NCBI GenBank assembly: GCA_002269645.1
Contig: NIVC01001236.1
Location: forward strand, 1-64,000
Direction of reading: 5' to 3'
From: Macrostomum lignano
Taxonomy: Eukaryota
DNA length: 64,000 nucleotides
Positions 51,981 to 64,000 of this stretch are shown here, one piece after another; the stretch's first letter is position 1, and every line of letters starts with the position of its first letter. Position numbers and translations under genes: made by a program. The notes beneath the pieces are model-generated. The model had not been told where the DNA came from, made no database searches, and saw nothing but the letters and a program-made list of their open reading frames with translations.

Positions 51981-53975
51981 AAAAAACCAACTAAATATAG
52001 TTTTTCAAGTTTTTTAATATAAACTTTCGACTTTCGGGTTCATAAGCAAAGCAGAAGCTCCCATCAGTAACATTTTTCTAACCGTAAAAAATTTTATACC
52101 GAAACTCGTCCCCGGATGTAAGCAGCCCTCTTTCCGGTTTATTTTCTTTAATAATTAATGACCTAATTCGCGAGATGCCTCCTCTAGAAGCAGAAGTAGG
52201 CCAGCTGTTCCTGAAGCAAAACTCCTTTGACCCGTGAAAAGCAACTTTTGGCCCGCCGCTCAGGGTGTCAGTCAGCAATAATGGAATGAGGGAGATCAGT
52301 CAGTTCCCGCAGAAGCCAGCCAATTCCTTGGATGAAAGCCACCGGAAGTCAGCGGGTCGGGGAAAGCCGCCCGTAATTGAATGGCGCACATCCTGCACTC
52401 GATTGGGATTAAAAAATCTCCTGCTTTAAGATTGACATTCGAGCAAGAGAGTCGAAATCGCAACACCTGAGTCCTCTGCTCATTGTAGGAAGCATCAAAC
52501 CGTTCTCTTTGCCTTTGTGAGCCTCTTTACCTTTTCATCTGAAAATTACTGAGCGCATTACCGGAGAGGCGGATGCGTCGGGCAGAAGGCTTCGCAAAAA
52601 TACCATTCCAACCCCCTTATTTCCTTCGATCCCTCTTTCATGCTGTTTATCTCGACTATCTCCTCGCTATCTCTTTGTGTGTCTTTGTCTCGCCCGCGCT
52701 AAGGGAGTCGCGGCTGCAATCAGTGCGGGAACTCCGGCCGCTCAGCAATGAAAGCTGTTGTCGCTCTTGTCCGCAAATATTTACGTATCAACCTCTGGGT
52801 CCATTGGTGACGAAGTGCTTCGATAGCCAGTGGGCGGAGGCGCTGACTTATCAAAATCCCCCCCTGTCCCCCGCCAGCCGCCGCGATCATCCCGGATGCG
52901 GCTGGCCGGGCCGGCACAAAGGGCTGGGGGCCGAAAGCTTTCGGAACTTCGGTTTTGAAGTCAGAGAGATTCGAGTTTTTGTCAAAGCCAGCGCGGGGCC
53001 ATGAATGAAGACTGCGATATGCGCGTGTTCCGGATCGGGGGATTATAAATCTAGGGGAAGCCGGGGAGCGATTGCGAGAAAGAGAGGGGGAGGGGCAGAT
53101 GTGCAGCGGCCGGCACTTCTGCTTCCCCATTCAGCGATGACAACCAGCTCCGTCAGCCAGCGCTCTGTTCCCCGGTAATCCTTCAGACTTCAGGGCTTCG
53201 GGCATTGGGAGTTTCTTCCTCAGCAAAGCAGTGCGAGAGCAGGCGGAGCGAGAGCAGAAATGCCAAAGAAATGCCTGCCTGTCTACGCCGGGGTGCTCAG
53301 TGCTGATTGGCTGCCGCCACCGGATTTGATTTCCTAGAATCCGCCTCTCCGCCCATCCCGGCGGATTATTTGATATCGCAGGGGGGGGGGGGTAGGGAGG
53401 AGAGGCTGGGGGTGGGACAGCCAGATGGAGAATGCAGGTCCGGGGGATGCAGCGGAATTTTTATTTGCCTCAGCAGCAGAAAACGGGCTGCTGGAGGCAT
53501 CGCGTCAGAATTTATGCTTTGCGCTGTGGAGTATTGAGGATCGCGGGCAGCGGTTGCTAAGCGGCTCTGCTGCCCCCCCCCCCCCTGCCGGATCAGAACA
53601 AATGCCGGGTCCCGCAGTCCTACAGGGCTTGATTGATAATCCCCTCCTCTGTGCGCCTGAAATTTTACTTAAGCTGTTGCCGAATGGCGGAATGGAAAAT
53701 GGGATTCGGCAAATTCGAATGCGGACTGGGAGAGCAAGTGAGAGGGAGGGGAGGGGACGAAATGCTGCCTCGGTTGCTAGCGGAGAGGGGGGCGATTTGC
53801 ACTCCGGTTTGCGCCAATCTGCCTGTGCCAGTTGCTTTCTCATCCGGGCTGCATTTTACTGTTGCTGGATGAATGATAGCTTTGCGTCCGCCTGGGCTCC
53901 GCAGTGAAGGACAGAGCAGGGCGGGTGCTGGCAGGCTTGAATTGGCGAGGTTATGGCGGTATTTGCGGATGGATA

Positions 53976-54530
53976 CCTTAGATAGGTAGGTAGGTAGATA
54001 GGTAGATAGGTAGATGGGTAGATAGGTAGGTAGGTAGGTAGGTAGGTAGGTAGGTAGGTAGGTAGGTAGGTAGATAGGTAGATAGGTAGATAGGTAGATA
54101 GGTAGGTAGGTAGATAGGTAGATAGGTAGGTAGGTAGGTAGGTAGGTAGGTAGGTAGGTAGATAGGTAGGTAGGTAGGTAGGTTGATAGGTAGATAGGTA
54201 GATAGGTAGGTAGGTAGGTAGGTAGGTAGGCAGGTAGGTAGGTAGGTAGGTAGGTAGGTAGGTAGGTAGGTAGGTAGGTAGGTAGGTAGGTAGATAGGTA
54301 GGTAGGTAGATAGGTAGGTAGATAGGTAGGTAGATAGGTAGGTAGGTAGGTAGGTAGGTAGGTAGGTAGGTAGGTAGATAGGTAGATAGGTAGGTAGGTA
54401 GGTAGGTAGGTAGGTAGGTAGGTAGTTAGGTAGATAGGTAGATAGGTCGGTAGGTAGGTAGGTAGGTAGATAGGTCGGTAGGTAGGTAGGTAGGTAGGTA
54501 AGTAGGTGATAGGTAGGTGGGTAGTTAGTT
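53976..54530. repeat. (TAGG)n/(TAGA)n microsatellite, ARID3 intron 1
   Basis: Direct reading; explains the PTYL ORF at 53665..54735. Confidence 0.97.
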
Positions 54531-56871
54531 TATTAGCAGATAGACAGGTAGGTTGATGAGTAGAGCAGATACAATGGTAGACAAGTAGAAGATAAGCAGG
54601 TAGATAAATAGATAGATAGGTAGACCAGCTAGTTGGCAGATACATATTGTTAGATTGATTACTTGCTAGCAGTAGGCAGTCGGTCTTTATCCGGCCCACT
54701 AAAATACAGATTTGACCGCTGTATATTTTACTCACTGTCTTTGTCTTGCGCCTTGGCTCTCAATGGGCTGCAAATCTGTGAAACTTCCGCCCAAGAGATT
54801 CGCAATTCCCCCCCCCCCGAGCCAATTTGCCCGTCTGTGAATGAAGGCACTTCCAGGCTCTTTGATGTTTCAGCCTGTGGAAGGGGAGCCATCACTCGAA
54901 AAAATTGACTGGGACCAGGAAGGGCACCAACGAGTCTTATCGGCGGGACAGAGCACCAAGTCAGCGATTTGGAATCCACTTCAATTAACCTGAAATCGCT
55001 CTCACCTACCCTGCCTGCATTCCATTCTTCCCCACGGGTAGCGGATTGGCAGCGGGATATTGGTAGATAGGGTAGATAGATAGGCAGATATCGAGGCAAT
55101 GAGTGAGAGGTGAAATAATGCGAGGCGTATTCGGGCCAATTTAGCCTGGCCTGGCGCAGGAACTTGTCATCCCTAAATTGGCTCCGCGCTCCGCCGGAAT
55201 GCCGCGCGGGGCCTCAAGCTGGGCCGGCCGCCGTGTTGTGGAATTCTCTGGGAGCAGAGCGGCGCAGCGGGTGGCCGTGGGGTGGAGCGATGGGAGAAAT
55301 TGGGAGATTTAAGCAATTGGGAAATCAATGAATGCGGGTCGCGCTTGGCCGATGCAGTGAGTGGGAGAATCTGATGGGAACGACAAATCTGTTTACCGGC
55401 AGAGGGGCGGAGATGCGAGAGGATCAGCAGAGGCTCTCTCATGCGTGGCTGCGGCCTGAATCCTGGGAGTTCATCCCTCCTCTCTCTCAACTCTCTTTTA
55501 TTCCCCCAATTCTCCCATTTATTTAAAAAATTGCTGTTGTTGCAGAGGCCGGCAGCTTTTTGGGGGACGCCGGTGGAACAAGTGGTTGCCTGCGCTTGCT
55601 GTGAAAAAAAGAATTCCAGAACGAGATGAGGAGGGAGGGGAGGCTGAGCTGATCGCGAGGAATTCTGTCTCATTGTTGCAGATTATTTAGGCGGACCCCG
55701 GCAGGGATAACCCGGCTCGGGGTTCCACCACCTCACGCCTGGCTGATCTTACATGGCCTCACCGGCCCAGCTGACTCCCGCCTGCAACTGAGTGTCTATT
55801 GAGCAGAGACTCAGCAGATTGGGGGCGATGGTTGCAGAGAGGCGGCGGTAGGCGGAGGGACTGCCTGAAGTTCCGCATCGGTGCCCGCGCTGCGACTATC
55901 GCAATGGCGGGGGGGGGGGGGTCGAATGGAGCCACTTTCCCGGCAATTTAAGTCTGCGCTGTTGAGCCGGGATGCGAAGAGAGAGAGCTGGATCTGCTTC
56001 CTACCTGGGCCAGGCGGTGCGTGGAGAATTCAGAGGTTTCTTTGCTAGCGACTGGAGATTCCCTGGGGCCCCGCAGCGATCCCGCCGGGTGATGCAGATG
56101 GGGAGGTGAGGGGGTTCGAGCGAAAATCAGCCTCCGCGGCAACAAAGATTTATCATTTAGCGAGGCCATCAATGCTGCCAGAGATCCGAGTCTTGCTTTT
56201 TTCTGCTGACGTTTCTGGCTTCTTCTTTTTTGAAAAAAAAGAATCAGAGAAATATCAATGCTCGGATGGGGGAGGGCGGCGCCCCGGCGGCAGGGAGATA
56301 ATTATCTTATTTATTTTCCATTCCCAACTGGGCCAAGGTGTGACGTGCGAATCCGGAGGGGGGCGGCCGGAGTGAAGGGGGGAGCATCTGTTCCCGCGGC
56401 ACACTTTTGTTGGCTCAGTGATCAGTCAGGGGGGGGGGCTTGGAAGAAAGCCGGGCCCGCTAGAGGATTATTTACTGCGCGAATTATCCCAATTACCGAG
56501 TCGTGTTATGCTGGAATAACACGCCCTTGTGGCCTTTCTTGCGGGGATTCTGATCCTCCAAGTTGCTGATTTCCCTGCCTGGCAGGCCCCGTCCCCCATT
56601 CAGGCTCGGTTATTCCTGGATCTCCCCTGGACGCGCCGACAGCCGGCCAGTGTTCGGGAAATTAGCATTCGAATTAGCCGCCCGCCCCCACCCCCTTGAA
56701 TCCGCTGGCTGCGGCAAATTGGCAGCCATCGCGCCCGGGAACAAAGAAGTGAAATCGGGGGAGAATTGGCTGGTTCACCTTCCTTAATTACCGCTTCTGG
56801 TTATCTGTGAAAATTTTATGCTTTGTTTCTGTGCAGGAATTGATGCTCAACAATATTAACAAATCTGGCAC

Positions 56872-57690
56872 CTGTTTGAACTGCTCCTCAAAGGTCCAGT
56901 GGTGCCCGGCGTCGCTGTCGTCCGGCGAGCCGTCGTCGCCGAGGCCCAGGCCGACCTTCTCCGACGGCGGCGGCGTCAGGCTCTCCGGCGTGCCTCCCCG
57001 CTGCTCCTCCTCGCCGTCAGACCTGCCGAGCAACCCGGATGTCGGCGGCATCAGCGCGGACGACGAGGACGGCGGTGGCGGAGGCATCTGAGCAGACGGC
57101 AGCGGCGGCGGTGCCGGTGGACGCCCGAGGCCCAGCGGCAGCGGCAGGCCGCCCGGCCGGGCTTGAAGGAACGGCACGGAGGCTGCGACGGCGGCAGCGG
57201 CCTCCCTGGCCAGCAACTGCTGGTGATGGTGGGCGAAGAACTCCTGCTGGGCCAGCAGGAAGTCTCGCTGGGCAAGGAAATCCCGTGGCGGCATCGGCAG
57301 CGACGTCGGTGGCATCGGCTGCGGAGGCCGCGAATGCGGCGGCATCGGCGGCGGGAGCAGCAACTGCCTCTGCTGCTGTGGCTGCTGCCGCTGCCGCTGC
57401 GGGGACGGCGACCCGGTCAAGGCCTCGCCGGTGCGGCGCAGCTTCGGCAGGCGAAGGTCGAGCTGCTCCTCGAGCTCGTCGTCAGCCTCGCCGCCGCAGT
57501 CATTCTCCGGACGGCGCTCTCTTTCGTCGGTTTCGTCAACCTCAGCCTCCGTCATCAACTCATCTTCGACAACTTCGTCAGCTTCAGCCGTCGTTGCTGG
57601 GCCGCCGCGCTCGTCGACATCGTCCAGGGCGGAGCGCCTCGGCGGGACCTCTGCGGACAGCGGCAGGCTGGTTGCTGGCGCTGCGGTCAT
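56872..57690 (-). CDS. ARID3: ARID3 exon 1 (acidic and Pro/Gln-rich N-terminus, 273 aa)
   Basis: ORF 56788..57690 ends ...HHWTFEEQFKQ|GTGCCA, the conserved WTFEEQFKQ-LYEL junction of ARID3/Dri. A splice acceptor (ctcctcgCAG|tcATG) lies 2 nt before the ATG. Confidence 0.9.
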
Positions 57691-59004
57691 GACTGCGAGG
57701 AGTTGGCAGCGGAGAGGGCAGTCAGTTATTATGCTGCGCTATGCAAACCGGAGGTTTTATGGGGCCGGGTCATCACCCCCTTAAAGAAATTTGGTCCCTA
57801 GACTTATTTTCGGTGCCAGGCGATGAGTCATCGAGGCGCCCGGAGACACGGAGAAGCTCGTATTTTTTTCTGTTCCACCAATTTTCACCTCCCGCCCTCC
57901 TTCGCTCAGCTGCAAATTCGAGGCAGTCCAAAAAATCTGTCTATAAAAAACAATATAATTCCCTCCGTATCGTCCCACCAGCCGGAATTATCCCCATGGG
58001 GAAACGGCAGGTCCAACCGCCGGTAGGAAGCGGGGCGGAGAATCAGACGGAGAGCCGGCAGAGCCATAATTAACTTCATCGCGAGAAATAACAGAAAGCC
58101 GGCAGCGTCCAAAAGAGGAAAGCTTTTCTACTCCACCGATGCGATGAAGAACTGCGCAACCGCGGGGATTTTACTATTGGGGAATAAAATTTATCATCGC
58201 TTAATTGATGTCCCTCCCGAATGGAAGATTCCTGATTTCTCCTTACCTGTGCGTTTCTTGCAGATTGTCGGTGGGCGGTTCGAGTCTGGCTGTCCGGCTG
58301 CGGGATTCGCGAAGCTGGCTGTTCAGATGCGGCGTTCCCGGGGAGCAGATGAAGGGGGATATAAATTGAATGCGATGCGGCGGAGGCTGAGGCGGGCGGC
58401 CCGATGGAATGCGGCAATCGGCGATTGGGCCTGGGAGGCTGGGGAGGCGCTGAGTCGGGCTGAGGAGACTGGAATGGGATCTGGATGGATGATGAGGCTG
58501 ATAGCCGGCGCTGCTTTAACCGCCATTCCCCAGCCTCCGGCGGCCGGCCATTGGCGGGCAGGCCGGGCAGGAAGGGAAAGCTATCGAAGTGGAAAGGGAA
58601 GATTCTGCCGTGATCCTGTCGCGCCACATGTTGGGATTTGACAATTTAGCAATTTTTCTTTGTGAGGGAAGAGGGAAGAGAGAGGGGGAGATGGGGGCAG
58701 AGAGCGGCCCGCAGGGAATTGAACTTCAGTTTTCATTAACAGGGAAGGCTAATTGGCGGCCTGTACGCTCGCAGGCTGCGCACTGTTTTGCAGCAGCTCC
58801 CGCAGCCCTAGCGGAGTGAATTTTGGTTTTGGCCTCGCATCAGTCTTCGAATGTTGGCGGCGGCGATGCCAGTTATGAGCTTAGCAGACTGATAAACACG
58901 GCTGCAGAGTCTACGCATTTCTCATACTATTGACAATGTCCTGCAATCCATTGCTTGGACTAGTCCTTTAGAAAATACAAATTACCCTGAAGTTAGTTCA
59001 AGCG

Positions 59005-59172
59005 GATTGTAGACTAGTGTCGGACTAACGACTTGAAGGTGCGGGGGTTCGATTCCCATCCCACTGGACCAATTGGTGTCCTTGAGCAAGAAGCTAAACT
59101 CCGCATTGCTTCAGTTCACCCAGCTGTAAAATTGGTGTCAGCATTAGCTGGGGTAATTGAGGGTGTCTGGGG
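59005..59172 (+). mobile_element. tRNA-derived SINE (copy 2, more diverged)
   Basis: gaaggtgcgggggttcgattcccatcccactgg...gtgtccttgagcaag...cttcagttcacccagctgtaaaattggtgtcagcattagctggggtaattgagggtgt aligns with copy 1. Confidence 0.75.
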
Positions 59173-61489
59173 AAACTTCTTTTCATCTTACTTGCTAAGC
59201 GAGCCAATTTACCTGATTATATGATGATTATATTATTAGTTCAAGTTCTGTAGTCTCTGCGAGGCTTCTTGCGCTTTAAAAGTCAACACAGCTTTCAGTG
59301 AGAGTCTCCTCGATGTTGACTCCGAACAATGCTCCCAAGAATACGAGCTGAGTATTCTCATGCCAGCACGTATCGCGAGTGCAGATTCAAAATGCATCAC
59401 TTCAGATTTGGACGGCAAAGCTGAACTGTCTCAGCCCGAGCCCGGCTGCCGCACTCCACCCGTCATTCCAACCCGGCATTGATCGGCCATCGATCGGATT
59501 CAATAAAATCGGGGGGGGGCGTCTCTGCTTACTCAAAAATTCTCTCCTTCAGCTCTGTCTCCCGCCGTAAGCCCGCCGATCGAAATCCCAAAGCCTGTCC
59601 CCTCAATTCCTTAATGGACCGCGGAGGATGAGTTGGGAATGGGGCCAGCATCCACTTCTCTCCATCAGCTTTGAAGGTGGCGAATCCTGCCAGCCCCCCC
59701 CCCCACTTCCCGATTCCCACCGACAAGTGCCGCAATTGGATTTTGCCCACCGCACTGCCGCTACTCGCGCCCCGCACTCAAACTCAAAACACTTTGATAT
59801 CCCATCTCGCACGCGCGGAATCCTCACCCCCAATATCCCACCGCGTTGAGTAGGGGCTTCAATAAAGAGGCCGGGGTGTCCAGGTGCCTAATCCCCAGGC
59901 TTCGGCGAGCGCAGTCTTCCGTGTCCATCATCTTCCCGCTCGCCCACTCCTCCGGCTCTGCGGTCCCCAGATTGGCAGGTGGCGCCCTCGAGCAGCCCAG
60001 AAATTCAGTCAGGACGCATTGGGTCAGGGCATTAAACACCTGAGCGAAACAGAATTTACAATTACTCCTCATTGGCATTTCAAACTTGATTTATTGAGAT
60101 TCGAGCCATGCGCGGCGCGTCATCTGCTGTCACAGCGAGGCCGTCAAAGTCTTCGATTGCACAGGCAGGCGCGACCCGCAGTTCCGCATGAGACAGCTGG
60201 GAGGGGGAGATGTAGCACAGGAAAACTTCGAACAGGTGCTTTCGATTTCCCTGGCTAATCAATGAATCCCAACGCAGATTGAAGCAATGGGGCTGGGCAC
60301 GGACTTTCAGTTTATATCCGGGATTCTGCCGCAATTGACAGCCGCTATCTCACCTGTCCATCAACTGAGTGCCAATTCGCAACTGTCGTTCCGGGAATCT
60401 GCAGGAACAGAGGAGAGGCCTGGCGGGGAGCGGCTTGGGTTCATAAATTTCACTGCAAAGCAGCCGCCCTACCTGGCAGCCGGGCCTGCAGGAATCCAGA
60501 TATTGCGACTGCGGAGAGGGGCGCCACGCCGCAGAGCAACCATGGCATAATTAGATCGTAGGATAAAATCTGCGAATGCCCGTCAAATCCCCGGTGTTTG
60601 CGCGAGCTTCCCTGGCGACGCTTCCCTGGATTCTGGTCTCTCCTCTCCCGTCCCTCCTGTCTCCTCTCTTTTCTCTCTGCTCTCTCCTCCCTCCTTTCTC
60701 CACACTCACCTCTCCTCTTCGATCTCTCTTTCTCACTACAGATTTATCCTCATTCTCATCTAGATCCCAAGCCCCAGGTGGGATCGAGCGGATATCAGGA
60801 AATCTTTCAGCCTCCTAATCGGATGAAGCCCGTCTTGTTGGGGGGGGGGGCTGCCTACCTGGCGATAATTGATTGGGGAATCGGGCGGAGACCGGAGCGC
60901 CAGGCCGAAATGGATTCGCCAATAAACTGAATTATTAATTCCAACCTATTCGCAAATTTGTCTTTTTTCTCTCTCTCTCTCTGCCTCATCCGCCGCTCCT
61001 TTCGATAATCCCACGAAGCCTGCCCTTCATCATTAGCCAGCCTCTTCAGGCGCTATCGCGAGCCATTTGTCATACGATGAGGCTTTGGCGGAGTCTGCAT
61101 ACGCGGCTGAAATCGCCTGAGCAGTGCTGCCTCCGAAATTCAAACAGTTGGAAAAGCTTGGAGCAGCAGCGGAGTCAATGCTTGTCACCGGACTGAGGGG
61201 TCACGCGGGTCGGAAGGGAGCTGCAGTGGGAGCCAGACAGGCGGCCCGGACTGCTGAGTGGCCCCTTCAGGCTGTCCTCTCCAAGAGGCCCTCTTGACTC
61301 CGCCTGAATGTAATTGAGCACCTGCAGAGTTGGTTGAGCAGACAACTGAGGGCACAACAGGTCAGATTGAGAACCACTCTGCTGGTAAATCTACAAGTAG
61401 CAAGTCAATGAAAGTAGCTGAGCAGAGCGAAATTAATAATGGGGATCCAGAATACTGCTTGAGATAGAGGGTGAGAGGTAAGGAATATA

Positions 61490-64000
61490 GGAGAGATGGG
61501 ATGGGAGAGACGGGATGGGAGAGACGGGATGGGAGAGTTAAGATGGAAGAGATGAGATGGGAGAGACGGGATGGGAGAGACGGGATGGGAGAGACGAGAT
61601 GGAAGAGACGGGATGGGAGAGTTAAGATGGAAGAGATGAGATGGGAGAGACGGGATGGGAGAGACGGGATGAGAGAGTTAAGATGGAAGAGATGAGATGA
61701 GAGAGACGGGATGGGAGAGACGGGATGGGACAGAAAGTATGGGAGAGACGGGATGGGAGAGACGGGATGGGAGAGACGAGATGGAAGAGACGGGATGAGA
61801 GAGATGGGATGGGAGAGGTGGGATGGGACAGAAAGTATGGGAGAGATGGGATGGGAGAGATGGGATGGAAGAAATGGGAAGAAAGAGACAGGATAGAAGA
61901 AACAGGATGGGAGAAGAATGGAAGAGACAGGATGGGAGAGATGGGAGGGAAGAGACAGGAAGGAAGAGATAAGATAGGAGAGACGGGATGGGAGAGACGG
62001 GATGGAATAGACGGGATGGAAGAGACGGGATGGGAGAGACGGGATGGAATAGACGGGATGGAAGAGACGGGATGGAAGAGACGGGATGGAAGAGACGGGA
62101 TGGAAGAGACGGGATGGAAGAGACGGGATGGAAGAGACGGGATGGAAGAGACGGGATGGAAGAGACGGGATGGAAGAGACGGGATGGAAGAGACGGGATG
62201 GAAGAGACGGGATGGAAGAGACGGGATGGAAGAGACGGGATGGAAGAGACGGGATGGAAGAGACGGGATGGAAGAGACGGGATGGAAGAGACGGGATGGA
62301 AGAGACGGGATGGAAGAGACGGGATGGAAGAGATAAGATAGGAGAGACGGGATGGAAAAGACGGGATGGGAGAGACGGGATGGAAGAGACGGGATGGAAG
62401 AGACGGGATGGAAGAGACGGGATGGAAGAGACGGGATGGAAGAGACGGGATGGAAGAGACGGGATGGGAGAGATGGGATGAGAGAGACGGGAGAGACAGG
62501 ATGGGAGAGATGGGAGACACGGGATGGAAGAGACGGGATGGAAGAGACGGGATGGGAGAGACGGGATGGGAGAGATGGAAGAGACGGGATGGGAGAGATG
62601 GGATGGGAGAGACGGGATGGGAGAGATGGAATGAGAGAGACAGGATGGAAGAGACGGGATGGAAGAGACGGGATGGAAGAGACGGGATGGAAGAGACGGG
62701 ATGGAAGAGACGGGATGGAAGAGACGGGATGAAGAGACGGGATGGAATAGACGGGATAGAAGAGACGGGATGGAATAGACGGGATGGAAGAGACGGGATG
62801 GGAGAGACGGGATGGAAGAGACGGGATGGAATAGACGGGATGGAAAAGAGAGGGGATGGGAGAGACGGGATGGAATAGACGGGATGGAAGAGACGGGATG
62901 GAAGAGACGGGATGGAATAGACGGGTTGGAAGAGACGGGATGGAAGAGACGGGATCGAAGACAGGATAGAAGAGACGGGATGGAATAGACGGGATGGGAG
63001 ACAGGATGGAAGAGACGGGATGGGAGAGACGGGATGGGAGAGACGGGATGGGAGAGACGGGATGGGAGAGACGGGATGGGAGAGATGGGATAGGAAAGAC
63101 GGGATGGAAGAGACGGGATGGGAGAGATGGGATGGAAGAGACGGGATGGAAGAGACGGGATCGTAGACAGGATAGAAGAGACGGGATGGAAGAGACGGGA
63201 TGGAAGAGATGGGATAGTAGAGACGGGATGGGAGAGATGGGATGGAAGAGACGGGATGGAAGAGACGGGATCGGAGACAGGATAGAAGAGACGGGATGGA
63301 AGAGACGGGATGGGAGAGACAGGATAGTAGAGACGGGATGGGAGAGATGGGATAAGAAAGACGGGATGGAAGAGACGGGATGGAAGAGACGGGATGGAAG
63401 AGACGGGATGGAAGAGACGGGATGGAAGAGACGGGATGGAAGAGACGGGATGGAAGAGACGGGATGGAAGAGACGGGATAGTAGAGACGGGATGGGAGAG
63501 ATGGGATGGAAGAGACGGGATGGAAGAGACGGGATGGAAGAGACGGGATGGAATAGACGGGATGGAAGAGACGGGATGGGAGAGACGGGATGGGATACAG
63601 AATAGAAGAGACAGGATAGAAGAGACGGGATGGAAGAGACGGGATGGGAGAGACGGGATGGGAGAGACAGGATAGGAGAGACGGGATGGGAGAGACGGGA
63701 TGGGAGAGACGGGATGGGAGAGACGGGATGGAAGAGACGGGATGGAAGAGACGGGATGGAATAGACGGGATGGAAGAGACGGGATGGGAGAGACGGGATG
63801 GGATACAGAATAGAAGAGACAGGATAGAAGAGACGGGATGGAAGAGACGGGATAGAAGAGACGGGATGGAATAGACGGGATGGAAGAGACGGGATGGGAG
63901 AGACGGGATGGAAGAGACGGGGTGGAAGAGACGGGATGGAAGAGACGTGATGGAAGAGACGGGATGGAAGAGACGGGATCGGAGACAGGATAGAAGAGAC
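61490..64000. repeat. 14-bp polypurine minisatellite (acgggatggaagag) running off the window end
   Basis: Period 14 with gggagag/gaatag variants, more than 2.5 kb. Confidence 0.97.

Noticed and set aside
51990-56780. Short ORFs and possible enhancers in GC-rich ARID3 intron 1
   Set aside because: No homology was recognised and there is no consistent splice-phase chain. Regulatory function is plausible, but isolated motifs (e.g. TGATTGAT ~53630) cannot be supported without conservation data.
57700-61470. Additional genes or the promoter upstream of ARID3
   Set aside because: There are only short overlapping ORFs without recognisable domains. The upstream non-coding exon or TSS implied by the acceptor at 57693 could not be located.
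61471-64000. RRDGRDGMEETGWK and PSRLFHPVSSI ORFs
   Set aside because: They are translations of the 14-bp minisatellite.

Overview
Eukaryotic (animal) genomic DNA, not prokaryotic: GC-rich exons, canonical GT-AG introns, and introns packed with tandem repeats. The style resembles a Macrostomum-type free-living flatworm (inference, not provable from the window). Six spliced protein-coding genes were reconstructed by hand, all on the minus strand. In transcription order: ARID3/dead-ringer (6 exons, 57690->25049), an unannotated 86-aa secreted 6-Cys peptide (2 exons, missed by the ORF track), NUP50, a divergent DDX39/UAP56-like helicase with degenerate catalytic motifs, AMDHD2 and ZMPSTE24 (about 7 single-base frameshifts). 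A ~24-kb ARID3 intron holds a 48-bp minisatellite and an ~18.7-kb nested higher-order repeat. Also present: two copies of a tRNA-derived SINE, a small TA-flanked MITE, many mini/microsatellites and a 1.9-kb CpG desert. Best leads: (1) the DDX39-like gene and AMDHD2 have no in-frame ATG of their own but begin at phase-0 AG|GCA acceptors, as expected if a spliced leader ending in AUG supplies the initiator in an operon-like NUP50-DDX39L-AMDHD2-ZMPSTE24 cluster; (2) the cationic cysteine-rich prepropeptide; (3) the intact-ORF pseudo-helicase. Most long ORFs in the supplied track are repeat artefacts. No CRISPR, rRNA or bona fide tRNA was seen.
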